DNA of 41,096 nucleotides from Spirochaetaceae bacterium (GTDB lineage: Bacteria > Spirochaetota > Spirochaetia > Treponematales > Breznakiellaceae), in NCBI GenBank assembly GCA_031265635.1, contig JAISCK010000033.1:1-41096 (forward strand), in the 5' to 3' direction. Of the stretch, positions 8,490 through 17,676 are shown piece by piece. Below the pieces are notes generated by a model, which did not search any database, was not told the origin of the DNA, and saw only the letters and a list, made by a program, of their open reading frames with translations. Position 1 is the stretch's first letter; every line of letters starts with the position of its first letter. The translations under genes and the position numbers were made by a program.

Positions 8490-9839
8490 TTAATCCCCTG
8501 TATCCAGGTTTCGCAGATATTCAAGATACTCATTTACTGTTCTTCTTTCGAAGTCAAAAACCAGCGCCGCAAGATCATCCCTCCTTTTCTTATCAAGGCC
8601 CGCCTGTGATAAAGAGTTGAATTTCCAAACCAATTCTTCATCGTCAGGCCGCTCCCATTGGGTAAGTTCATGCTTCAGGTGGCTGCCGTTTTTAAGATAA
8701 ATTTCGACTACGGCCCCCCTTGTTCCCCAGGGGCCGTCTCCGTAGGCTTCGTTTTTTTCAACGTGTATCTTTTTACGCAGGGAAAGGTATTTTTCGTTTG
8801 TCAGGTTCTCCATGAAGAAAGCCTGGGGCATAAGATGGCCTTCCGTCAGGGCAAAGGCCGCCGTATACGAAAGAGAGAGCCGGGCGGAAGAAGGGTTAAG
8901 ATTCTCTCCGGCGCCCTGGTGAAGGGAATACGCATACGGATAGGTAGAGATGGTTAGCGATGCAATGTCCTCCGTCATTATGGGTGATTGGCGCCGCAGT
9001 TCAAGTATGGCGCTTACGGCAGGATGGACTGACTGGCAGGCGGAAAAGCGCTTGAAAGCCGCGCTGTCGATTAAATAGGGCTTTCCAAAGTCCGTATCAT
9101 CCTTGCCGCAAAAAATACCGGATAATGATTTTACCCCGTCCAGAATATGAGATGGTCCGGTGATTCCCCTTTTGGCGCTCTCGACAGCCAGCATGGCAAG
9201 ATATACGCCCCAGCCGCCGTAAAAATCTTTGGCGTCGCTGCCTTCAATAAAACTGATAAAAGGGCAGAGCGGAAGCAGCGCCCCGGTGATGCCAAAGACA
9301 TTGCATAACTGGTCAACGGAAAGCCCCGCAACAAGGCCGGCGGAAGCGGCGGCGCCAAACCCGCCTACAAGGCCGGGTCCATGGAGCCCCAGTTCCCGCG
9401 CTTTGAATGCCGCCATTGCCCCCAGCCTTGAAACAACATCGTAGCCAAAGATGATGCCGCGAAGCAGGCTGGCAGGGCCGCTGTTGTTTTCTTCCGCGGC
9501 AGCCAGCGCCGCCGAGATAACATATACTCCGGGATGGGCGGTCCCTGCGGGAAAATAGTCGTCCATTTCAATATTTGAAGTGCGGAGTGAATTGGCAAAG
9601 GCGGCCAGCGCGGGAGAAGTTTTGTTTTTGGAACCCCAGATGCTTGCACGGCCTCCTGTTCCTCCAAGACTTTCTATAAGATCAATGATTTTTGGCGTGA
9701 GTCTGCCGGCGGCGGAAAAGACCGCGCATCCTGTATAATCAAGAAGGCATCGTTTGGCCTGATGAAGCGTTTCCCGGTCAAAATCGCTCAATTCCAGGGA
9801 ATAGAAATGCTCCGAAATATTTCTGAAAAAGTTTTTCAC
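8490..9839 (-). CDS. MmgE/PrpD family protein (2-methylcitrate dehydratase superfamily), copy 1
   Basis: 449 aa. N-terminal LLDYTGCAVFSA-type motif and overall PrpD-like pattern. GTG start at 9839. Last gene of the minus-strand operon. Confidence 0.8.
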   Translation of the reverse strand: MKNFFRNISEHFYSLELSDFDRETLHQAKRCLLDYTGCAVFSAAGRLTPKIIDLIESLGGTGGRASIWGSKNKTSPALAAFANSLRTSNIEMDDYFPAGTAHPGVYVISAALAAAEENNSGPASLLRGIIFGYDVVSRLGAMAAFKARELGLHGPGLVGGFGAAASAGLVAGLSVDQLCNVFGITGALLPLCPFISFIEGSDAKDFYGGWGVYLAMLAVESAKRGITGPSHILDGVKSLSGIFCGKDDTDFGKPYLIDSAAFKRFSACQSVHPAVSAILELRRQSPIMTEDIASLTISTYPYAYSLHQGAGENLNPSSARLSLSYTAAFALTEGHLMPQAFFMENLTNEKYLSLRKKIHVEKNEAYGDGPWGTRGAVVEIYLKNGSHLKHELTQWERPDDEELVWKFNSLSQAGLDKKRRDDLAALVFDFERRTVNEYLEYLRNLDTGD

Positions 9840-9860
9840 CCGTTCTCTCTCAGGACTCTT

Positions 9861-10820
9861 TCAGGCGAGCCCGTTAATTTCCCGCACATAATGACACGCC
9901 GCAAAGTGGGCGGGAAATATTTCTTCGAGTACGGGGTATTCGGCGAAACATTTGTCCGTCGCGTAATCACAGCGGGCGGCGAAACGGCAGCCGGGCTTTG
10001 GCTCGATAGGGGAGGTAAGTTCCCCTTTAAGCAGTATCCGCCTCCTGCCGCTGTGGACGACCGGTTCTGGAATGGCGGCCAGCAGGGCCTTTGAATACGG
10101 ATGAAGCGTCTTTTCAAAGAGTTCGTCAGAGCCGCTTATTTCGGCGGTCATGCCAAGGTACATAACCATAATATCATCGGAGATATGCTTGACCACCGAA
10201 AGATTATGGGTGATAAACATATAGGTAAGTCCCTTGGCGTCCTGGAGATCCTGCATTAAATTTAATATCTGGGCCTGTATTGACACGTCAAGGGCCGAGA
10301 CAGGTTCATCACAAACAATAAATTTGGGCTGGAGAACCAGGGCCCTGGCTATGCCGATGCGCTGTCTCCTCCCTCCGTCAAGTTCATGGGGATAGGAATT
10401 TTCAAAGCGCTGCGCCAGCCCCACGGTATCCATAATTTCCGAGAGCTTATTGAGGACCTCCTTGCCGCTCCGGTACATATTATGAATTATCATCGGCTCT
10501 ATGATGGTTTCCTTGACGGTCATCCTGGGATTCAAGGATGAATAGGGGTCCTGAAAAATGATCTGCATGCGGCGTTTAAGATCATTGCTGTGTTTTTTAT
10601 TTGTTATTTCTTCTCCTTCAAAAAAGATGCTTCCTTCAGTGGCGTCAAGGAGACGTATAACAAGCCTGCCCAGGGTTGATTTTCCGCATCCTGATTCGCC
10701 TACCACGCCGAGGGTTTTTCCCTGGTTAATGGAAAACGAAAGTCCGTCAACCGCGTGCAGCATCCCGTGGGGAGTGCGAAAATATTTTTTTAGGTTTTTT
10801 ACTTCAAGAAAAGCTCCCAT
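9861..10820 (-). CDS. Opp/Dpp-type ABC transporter ATP-binding protein (OppF-like)
   Basis: Walker A GESGCGKST, signature ELDGGRRQR, Walker B FIVCDEP, and a C-terminal Cys-rich oligopeptide_C tail (GCRFAARC..DKC). Confidence 0.9.
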   Translation of the reverse strand: MGAFLEVKNLKKYFRTPHGMLHAVDGLSFSINQGKTLGVVGESGCGKSTLGRLVIRLLDATEGSIFFEGEEITNKKHSNDLKRRMQIIFQDPYSSLNPRMTVKETIIEPMIIHNMYRSGKEVLNKLSEIMDTVGLAQRFENSYPHELDGGRRQRIGIARALVLQPKFIVCDEPVSALDVSIQAQILNLMQDLQDAKGLTYMFITHNLSVVKHISDDIMVMYLGMTAEISGSDELFEKTLHPYSKALLAAIPEPVVHSGRRRILLKGELTSPIEPKPGCRFAARCDYATDKCFAEYPVLEEIFPAHFAACHYVREINGLA

Positions 10821-10835
10821 AATAATCCCTCCAGG

Positions 10836-11795
10836 CTAGTAAAGCAGACAGCGGACAAAATGTCCCTGAGAGACTTCCCGGTTTTCCGGTATGACAGTTT
10901 CACATTCAGGTTTTTTATCCTTGCAGCGGGTATGAAAGGCGCAGCCTGAAGGCAGATTGACAGGATCGGGCATGAGGCCGTATATGGGATTGAGACGGTG
11001 GATTTTCCCGGTCAGTTTCGGCAGTGAACCGAACAGGCCCTTTGTATAGGGATGACAGGTGTTGTTGTAAATATTTTCGAGGCTGCCCTTTTCGACAATG
11101 TGGCCCGCATACATGATGGCCACTTCATCGCATATTTCAGCGACTATGCCAAGGTCATGGGTAATAAGGATCATGGCGGTCTTGTATGTCTCCTGGAGTT
11201 GTCTCATCAATTCCAGTATCTGGGCCTGAATCGTAACATCAAGGGCCGTCGTCGGTTCATCGGCGATTATCATCTGCGGGTTACAGGCCAGGGCGATTGC
11301 TATCACGACCCGCTGTTTCATTCCTCCTGAAAACTGATGCGGGTATTCCCCCATGCGGTCGGAAGGGATTCCGACTATCTCAAGCATCCGGGCGGATTTC
11401 TTTTCGGCTTCCAGCCTGGAAGCCTTGTCATGGAGCCGTATTGCTTCGGCAATCTGTTCCCCTACGGTAATGACGGGGTTAAGCGAAGTCATGGGATCCT
11501 GAAAGATCATGGATGAATTTTTACCCCGGTGAAAGCGCATCTGCATCTTGTTGTATTTTAGAAGATTTTTTCCGTTAAAATAAATTTGTCCTGATACGAT
11601 TTTTCCGGGAGGGTCAGGAATAAGGCGCATCAGGCCCAGGGCAGTGGTGGTTTTTCCGGCGCCTGTCTCTCCCACAAGGCCGAGGGTTTTACCTTTTTCC
11701 AGGTCAAGGCTGATGCCGTTGACCGCCTTGACAGTTCCGTCGTCGGTAAAGTAGTGAATGACAAGATCTTTGACTGTCAAAAGTTTGGTATCCAT
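10836..11795 (-). CDS. Opp/Dpp-type ABC transporter ATP-binding protein (OppD-like)
   Basis: Walker A GETGAGKTT, signature FSGGMKQR, Walker B MIIADEP. I chose the start at MDTKLLTVKDL (11795); the track extension to 12107 overlaps the upstream permease gene. Confidence 0.9.
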   Translation of the reverse strand: MDTKLLTVKDLVIHYFTDDGTVKAVNGISLDLEKGKTLGLVGETGAGKTTTALGLMRLIPDPPGKIVSGQIYFNGKNLLKYNKMQMRFHRGKNSSMIFQDPMTSLNPVITVGEQIAEAIRLHDKASRLEAEKKSARMLEIVGIPSDRMGEYPHQFSGGMKQRVVIAIALACNPQMIIADEPTTALDVTIQAQILELMRQLQETYKTAMILITHDLGIVAEICDEVAIMYAGHIVEKGSLENIYNNTCHPYTKGLFGSLPKLTGKIHRLNPIYGLMPDPVNLPSGCAFHTRCKDKKPECETVIPENREVSQGHFVRCLLY

Positions 11796-11803
11796 GGCGT
11801 ATC

Positions 11804-12682
11804 CTATTTCTTGAGTTTTGGATCCAGCGCGTCGCGCAGTCCGTCGCCAAAGAGATTCAGCGCCAGAACCGTTATCATTATCGCCAGTCCGGGAAAGGCG
11901 ACCATGTACCACTGATCCCTGATAAAGGTCCGGGCCGATGAAAGCATGGCGCCCCATTCCGGCGTGGGAGGCTGAATGCCCAGGCCGAGAAAACTCAGCG
12001 AGGCGGCAAGTATTATGGCGGTTCCCACTCCCAGCGTCGCCTGTACGATAATGGGCGCCATGACATTGGGAAATATATACCGGATGATTATACGGGCATG
12101 GCTGCATCCTATGGCGCGGGCGGCCTCAACATATTCCTGGTCTTTTACCGTAAGGGTCGAAGCCCTGACCACCCGGGCGAAATTTGGTATTGAACTTACG
12201 GCTACGGCTATCATGGCATTGGCAAGGCCGGGGCCGAGGGTTGTGGCTATGGCTATGGCAAAGATCGTACGGGGAATGGACATAAGTATGTCCGTTATCC
12301 GCATGATAATAGTATCCGCAAGACCTCCGAAAAACCCCGCGATGGCGCCGAGTATGCTGCCTGAGAGGGCTCCAACGGAAAGGGAAATAAACCCTATGAG
12401 CAGCGAGATCCTTGTGCCGTATATTACGCGGCTCAGTATGTCCCTGCCAAAATTATCGGTCCCCATGGGATGTTTAAAAGAAGGAAACTGGGAAGTGCTG
12501 GAATAGTCCTGGAGATCATAGGGATAGGGGGCGATAAAGCCGGCGAAAACAGCGAGGAGTATCAAAAGAGCGAGCATGACAAGGCCCCATACGGCAAGTT
12601 TGTTGCGGCAGAGCCTGCGCCAGATGTCGCGGAATTGGCCGTGTTTTCTGAGAACGGTCCCCGGAGAGGTTTCCTTACGCAT
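11804..12682 (-). CDS. Opp/Dpp-type ABC transporter permease (OppC-like)
   Basis: 292 aa, six predicted TM segments, BPD_transp_1-type pattern. Overlaps the upstream permease gene by 8 nt. Confidence 0.9.
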   Translation of the reverse strand: MRKETSPGTVLRKHGQFRDIWRRLCRNKLAVWGLVMLALLILLAVFAGFIAPYPYDLQDYSSTSQFPSFKHPMGTDNFGRDILSRVIYGTRISLLIGFISLSVGALSGSILGAIAGFFGGLADTIIMRITDILMSIPRTIFAIAIATTLGPGLANAMIAVAVSSIPNFARVVRASTLTVKDQEYVEAARAIGCSHARIIIRYIFPNVMAPIIVQATLGVGTAIILAASLSFLGLGIQPPTPEWGAMLSSARTFIRDQWYMVAFPGLAIMITVLALNLFGDGLRDALDPKLKK

Positions 12683-13661
12683 TGTTTGGCGCCTCCTTCT
12701 CCGTTTCGGTCAGGGAAGTCTTGTGTTCCCTGCGGCGCGCGTACAGGGATCTGATACGGGGATCGACAAACGCGTATAAAAGGTCTATGAACAGGTTGAG
12801 AAAACTGAACATAAACGCTATGACGAGAACGCCGCCCCTGATGATGGGATAGTTCCGCGCTTTAATCGCGTCTACCATGAGCTTTCCGAGACCAGGAATC
12901 GCGAATATCTGTTCGTTCACAACAGCGCCGCTTAAAGCGCTGGCGAACTGTATGCCGATAACGGTGATGATGGGTATGAGTGCGTTTTTCAGGGCGTGCT
13001 TGAAAATTATCGAAGTTTCGCTCTTGCCTTTTGCCCTGGCTGTCCGTATGTAATCCTGGCGTATAACTTCCAGCATGCTTGAACGGGTCATGCGGGTTAT
13101 TGTCGCGATGGATACGGCGCTTATGCTGATAACCGGCATTATGTAATACAGGGCCCCGTACAATCCCGACGCCGGCAGCAGTCCCAGGCTTACCGAAAAA
13201 AACAGAATCAGTATGAGGGCCAGCCAGAAGTTGGGCATGGAAATGCCCAGCAGGGCCAGGACCATGGCGATATTGTCAAGAAATGAATACTGCCTGACCG
13301 CCGAAAGTATACCGAAGGGGATTCCTATAAGCATGGCAAAGATCATGCAAAAAACCGAAAGTTTGATGGTTACAGGCAGCCTGTTTTGTATCTCGGTGAG
13401 TACGGGCAGGCCGTTGGTAAAGGAGGTCCCCAAGTCTCCGCGGAAAAGGCCTTTAAGATACCGGAAATACTGGGTAAAGAAAGGATCGTCCAGGCCCATC
13501 TCGGCCCTCAGCGCGATTACTTCTTCCTGGGTTGCAAAATCGCCCAGCATAAGCTGCGCCGGGTCTCCCGGAGTAAAGAACATCATCGCAAAGATAATAA
13601 AGGTTACTCCCAGCAGTACCGGAATGGTGATGAGTATACGCTTAACTATATACCGCAACAT
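12675..13661 (-). CDS. Opp/Dpp-type ABC transporter permease (OppB-like)
   Basis: Classic N-terminus MLRYIVKRILITIP and an EAA-like loop (YIRTARAKG). Start set at 13661 because AGGAGAGG lies 6 nt upstream. Confidence 0.9.
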   Translation of the reverse strand: MLRYIVKRILITIPVLLGVTFIIFAMMFFTPGDPAQLMLGDFATQEEVIALRAEMGLDDPFFTQYFRYLKGLFRGDLGTSFTNGLPVLTEIQNRLPVTIKLSVFCMIFAMLIGIPFGILSAVRQYSFLDNIAMVLALLGISMPNFWLALILILFFSVSLGLLPASGLYGALYYIMPVISISAVSIATITRMTRSSMLEVIRQDYIRTARAKGKSETSIIFKHALKNALIPIITVIGIQFASALSGAVVNEQIFAIPGLGKLMVDAIKARNYPIIRGGVLVIAFMFSFLNLFIDLLYAFVDPRIRSLYARRREHKTSLTETEKEAPNNA

Positions 13662-13706
13662 GATTGACCTCTCCTTACACAACAAATCGGCAATTTTTTA
13701 CTTAAA

Positions 13707-13741
13707 GCCGGACGCCGGGAGGCCGCTCCCGGACATCCGGC
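13707..13741 (-). other. Intercistronic GC-rich stem-loop between the binding-protein and permease genes
   Basis: gccggacgccggga / tcccggacatccggc form a ~13 bp stem with one bulge and a 6 nt loop. No U-run follows on the transcribed strand. Confidence 0.5.
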
Positions 13742-13752
13742 ATAGAAAGACC

Positions 13753-15273
13753 TCAGTTTGTAAAACGTATTTTGGTGAGGTCGGGAACTCCCGACGGATT
13801 AAATTCAAAACCCGTAATATTCGCGTTAAGTCCGTACGCGAACTCGGGGAACGCTCCGGGAATAGCGTAGCATTTCTCATAGAGGTAATCCATCATATCC
13901 TCATACACTTTTGCCCGCCTGGCGGTATCGTATTCCCTTGCGCCGGCGTCAAGAAAATCCTGTATCTTCTGGTCTCCGTGGCGCAGGGATATGGTACGGG
14001 TAATGGGCCAGATATAGAGGGCCGCCGAAGGATCGGCCATGGCGGTACTGGGATTCATGTACGCGACGGGGATCTGGCCGGTATTGTTCATCGAGGTATA
14101 CGATGCAAGGTCGATGATGTTTACATGGGCTTTGATTCCGGCCTGGGACCACATGCTCTCCAGCACTTCGGCAACAGCCATGTATATCTGGTTCTCGTAG
14201 GTGTAGTACTGGAATTCGATGCCGTTGGGATAACCCGCTTCGGCAAGAAGCTGTTTTGCCTTTTCAGGATCGTAGGGCCTGGGGCCGACTTTCTTGTACC
14301 CCAGGAGGCCGGGAACCATAAAGGAATCGGCGACCTGGGCGGTTCCCTGGTACACTGTTTGTACCAGGGCGTCGAGGTTCAGGGCGTAGGCCATAGCCTC
14401 CCGGACCCTGATATCTTTGAACAGGTCAAATGAAGAGTTCATAAAGATTGTTGAGGTCTGCAGGGAAACCCCTTTTACAAGCTGGGTGTTTTTGCCGTTG
14501 GCAATCCTGTCCCAGTCCGAGGGGGACATATCAAAGGCATAGTCAATGCCGCCTGTTTCAAGCTCTATGGTCCTTGACGCGGCCTCGACAATAACACGGG
14601 CATTAACATTCTTAAAGGGAAGTTGTTCGCCCCAATAGCCGTCATAAGCGCTGAACTCGATGCGGTCGCCTGAAACCCACTGGACAAATTTCATGGGGCC
14701 TGTTCCCACGGGAGCCCTGCCGAAGGCTTCGGGCGTAGTCGCTTCGTACAGTTTTTTGCTGACTATGACCGCCCGGTAAGAGGCCAGCGCCTCAAAGAGC
14801 GGCGAGTAGGGATACTTGAGTTTTATCTGAATAGTATAATCGTCAATAACCCTGGTGGCGTCTCCGTCAATGGCGCCGAAGATAACGCTGTTAAAGGTAC
14901 TTGTGGCAAGCTGGGTAAGGGAGAATTTGACATCCTCGGCGGTCATCTTGCTGCCGTCATGAAAGGTAACATCATCCCTGAGCTTGAAGTCGAAAGTTGT
15001 GGGATCAATCTGGGTCCACTCTTTGGCAAGCCGGGGAAGGAAGGTCTCATTGGGCCCTTTGGTAATGAGGGTTTCAAAGATAAGGGTCGCAACGGTAAAT
15101 CCATACATGTGGGAATGGGAATAAGGCGCCAGTGTCTGGGGCTCATTCGTCATTGCCACTACCAGGGTTTCTTTCTGCGCCGGCTGTGGTTTTTTTGACC
15201 CGCCGCAGGCGCTAAATACCAAAAGCACACATCCTGCCAGTATTGCCGCCTGAATAAATCGTTTACTCAACAT
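13753..15273 (-). CDS. ABC transporter substrate-binding lipoprotein, family 5 (OppA/DppA/NikA class)
   Basis: Signal peptide with lipobox MLSKRFIQAAILAGCVLLVFSAC. About 500 aa mature, SBP_bac_5-like. Start at 15273 has AAGGAGG 6 nt upstream. Confidence 0.9.
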   Translation of the reverse strand: MLSKRFIQAAILAGCVLLVFSACGGSKKPQPAQKETLVVAMTNEPQTLAPYSHSHMYGFTVATLIFETLITKGPNETFLPRLAKEWTQIDPTTFDFKLRDDVTFHDGSKMTAEDVKFSLTQLATSTFNSVIFGAIDGDATRVIDDYTIQIKLKYPYSPLFEALASYRAVIVSKKLYEATTPEAFGRAPVGTGPMKFVQWVSGDRIEFSAYDGYWGEQLPFKNVNARVIVEAASRTIELETGGIDYAFDMSPSDWDRIANGKNTQLVKGVSLQTSTIFMNSSFDLFKDIRVREAMAYALNLDALVQTVYQGTAQVADSFMVPGLLGYKKVGPRPYDPEKAKQLLAEAGYPNGIEFQYYTYENQIYMAVAEVLESMWSQAGIKAHVNIIDLASYTSMNNTGQIPVAYMNPSTAMADPSAALYIWPITRTISLRHGDQKIQDFLDAGAREYDTARRAKVYEDMMDYLYEKCYAIPGAFPEFAYGLNANITGFEFNPSGVPDLTKIRFTN

Positions 15274-15301
15274 ATACATCCTCCTTAAAAATTGCATATA
15301 T

Positions 15302-16381
15302 TTAAACGGAACGTGTCCGGTAATTTTTCGCCGCTGTGGAATTTCTGACAATGAGCGTCATGTCAAGTTTTATGTCGCCGGGATTAACGCCGTTTATCAG
15401 ACTGATGACCGTTTTAATGACGCGCTGTCCTATCTGGTACGAAGGCTGCCTTACCGAGGTAAGGGTAGGCCGGGCAATATTGGTGATGGCGCCGTCATCA
15501 AAACCAACTACCGATACCTGGTCGGGGACCAAAATATTCTGTTCCCTCAGGGACTGCAAAACTCCGGCGGCTACCCAGTCGTTGGCGCAGATTACCGCGT
15601 CAAAATCAATAAGGCTCGCCAAAAAAGCCTTCATGCTTTCATAACCGCTTTCGTAGTTATAGGCGGTAATGCGCAGAAGGCTCTTTTGTACATCAAGGTT
15701 GAATTCTTTCAGCGCGTCAATATAGCCCTGGAGACGGTCAAGGGACGAATAGACGCCCCTGGTTTTACCTTCCAGGAGCGTCATAAGGTAATCCGCGTCA
15801 TAACCGGGAGTTTCCCAGAAACCCGCGAAAAAGGCGATTCTGCGATGCCCCTGCTGCAGGAGATATTTTGTCGCCGTATAGCAGCCGCTTATGTTGTCAG
15901 GATAGACATGGGGCACATTTTCAATGAGGCCCCGGCGGGACGCGATAACGGTGGGCGTTTTTTGACTGACGGCGGATTTAAAATACTCAAGGCTGTCCGG
16001 GGAAACAGGGCAGTATATCAGGCCGCCTGAAAAAGAAGCCCTTACCATATCGATACATCTGATGTCGTTTTCGATATTTCCGTTGCTTTGATACACGGAA
16101 AGGCGGAGATTATGCTCCATGCAGGTATCGGCCGCTCCCTGGAGCAGCCCGGTAAAGAGGTTGGTCTCAAAGGTCGGCAGTATGATGCTGATGATATCGT
16201 TGGTTCCTGTACGGGTATACCGGGCGTTTAAGTTGGGAGCGTAGTTTGTCTCGGCTATAGCCTCTTCAACCTTTTTTTTGAGGACCTTGTTTACATTCTG
16301 GCGCTTGTTAAGAACCCGTGAGACGGTAGGAACTGAAACCCCGGCAATGCGGGCGACATCAACAATAGTCACCTTTTCCAA
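15302..16381 (-). CDS. LacI/GalR family transcriptional regulator
   Basis: N-terminal HTH VTIVDVARIAGVSVPTVSRVLN followed by a periplasmic-binding-protein-like effector domain. TTG (16381) or GTG (16372) start. Confidence 0.9.
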   Translation of the reverse strand: MEKVTIVDVARIAGVSVPTVSRVLNKRQNVNKVLKKKVEEAIAETNYAPNLNARYTRTGTNDIISIILPTFETNLFTGLLQGAADTCMEHNLRLSVYQSNGNIENDIRCIDMVRASFSGGLIYCPVSPDSLEYFKSAVSQKTPTVIASRRGLIENVPHVYPDNISGCYTATKYLLQQGHRRIAFFAGFWETPGYDADYLMTLLEGKTRGVYSSLDRLQGYIDALKEFNLDVQKSLLRITAYNYESGYESMKAFLASLIDFDAVICANDWVAAGVLQSLREQNILVPDQVSVVGFDDGAITNIARPTLTSVRQPSYQIGQRVIKTVISLINGVNPGDIKLDMTLIVRNSTAAKNYRTRSV

Positions 16382-16386
16382 AATTC

Positions 16387-17676
16387 TTATTCCTTTTTAA
16401 GGGATGCCCCCAGTCCTTCCATGGCTTCAAAAAAGCCGGGAAAAGAAACAGACGCGCACCCGGCGTCTTTGACCGAGGTCGTGCCGTCGGAGGCAAGGCC
16501 GCAGATCAGCATCGCCATGGCCACGCGGTGATCGTTATGGCTTTCGATTACCGTTCCGCGGGGCCGTCTGCCCCCGTAAACCGTCATCGTATCCGCGTTA
16601 CTTTCAACGCGGACGCCCGTTTTGGTTAATTCACAGCACATGACCTTTACCCGGTCGGTTTCCTTTAATCTGACCGCGGCAAGGCCGGTAAACACCGTAT
16701 CGCCTTCGGCAAACGCGGCTGCCACGGCAAGGGCGGGGAGGGCGTCGGGCGTATCGCGGAGATCAATGCGTATGCCCGACTTCATGGTTCTGCCTCCCCG
16801 GACTATAAGGCGTTTATTGGCAAAGTCTTTTTCTATATCGGCGCCCATCTGAATAAGAAAGTCAATGACCGCCTTGTCGCCGTGGGTGTCATTAAAGTCA
16901 ATTGAATCAACGGTGATCTCCGAATCGGAGACAAGCGCGGCTACCGCCGGGAAAGCCACGCCGGACCAGTCGCTGGCTATGGTTGTGTCGCATGGAGTAT
17001 AACGCTGTCCGCCCTTGACAAAAAAACGTTTGTAATCGGCGGATTTCTCCACGGAAACTCCGTATTTTTTCATCCAGTCCAGGGTCATGTCAAGATAGGG
17101 CTTTTCCCCCGGATCTTTTAAAAGAATTTCCGTGTCATTTTCCAGCAGGGGCGCGCTCATCAAAATCGACGTAACATACTGGGAGAGCAGTCCGTCAAGA
17201 CGGGCTGTCCCGCCCTTCATGGGACCCCGGATGATAACCGGGCAGGCGTCAACGCCGGGACGGGAGGTAAAGGCTTCGGCGCCAAGTTCAGTAAGGGCCG
17301 CAAGCAGGGCTTTAACCGGGCGCCTTCGTATTTGCTCATCACCGGTGATAAAGGTATAGCCGTCAACCAGGGCGGCCATCGAAGCGATAAAATAGGCGGT
17401 GGAACCGGAATTTCCGCAGTCAATGTAATTGTCCGGCAGTTTCAGGCCCGGAAGGGGCCCGGTAACAGTCCACAGTCCCGGCGCCCTGCTGACTATAGAG
17501 CCAAACATCTCCGCCGCGTCCAGGGCGCTGAGGGCGTCAAGACTGGGCACGGGATTGCGTATAACAGAGGTGCCCCTGCTTAGGGCAGAAAGAAGAACGG
17601 CCCTGATGGTATGGCTTTTTGACCCCGGAACCATAATACTGCCCCTGAGGGAAGATCGTACCGAGCTGACTGTCAT
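16387..17676 (-). CDS. aroA: EPSP-synthase-fold enolpyruvyl transferase (3-phosphoshikimate 1-carboxyvinyltransferase-like, class II type)
   Basis: Motifs VPGSKSHTIR, RRRPV, LSQYVTSILM, DTPDALPALAV, RLKETDR and NDHRVAMA are present. The GNSGTTxR loop reads GNSGSTAYF, with no Arg. The start overlaps the upstream stop as TAATG. Confidence 0.8.
   Translation of the reverse strand: MTVSSVRSSLRGSIMVPGSKSHTIRAVLLSALSRGTSVIRNPVPSLDALSALDAAEMFGSIVSRAPGLWTVTGPLPGLKLPDNYIDCGNSGSTAYFIASMAALVDGYTFITGDEQIRRRPVKALLAALTELGAEAFTSRPGVDACPVIIRGPMKGGTARLDGLLSQYVTSILMSAPLLENDTEILLKDPGEKPYLDMTLDWMKKYGVSVEKSADYKRFFVKGGQRYTPCDTTIASDWSGVAFPAVAALVSDSEITVDSIDFNDTHGDKAVIDFLIQMGADIEKDFANKRLIVRGGRTMKSGIRIDLRDTPDALPALAVAAAFAEGDTVFTGLAAVRLKETDRVKVMCCELTKTGVRVESNADTMTVYGGRRPRGTVIESHNDHRVAMAMLICGLASDGTTSVKDAGCASVSFPGFFEAMEGLGASLKKE

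Noticed and set aside
13213-14433. A 406 aa plus-strand ORF, and similar long antisense ORFs at 5696-6439, 5851-6609, 3440-4378, 20290-20961, 23269-23973, 29736-30587, 33609-34322 and 35371-36606.
   Set aside because: Each lies entirely opposite a gene with clear family motifs. Their translations are Arg/Gly/Pro-rich with no motifs and no RBS. They are typical shadow ORFs of GC-rich coding DNA.
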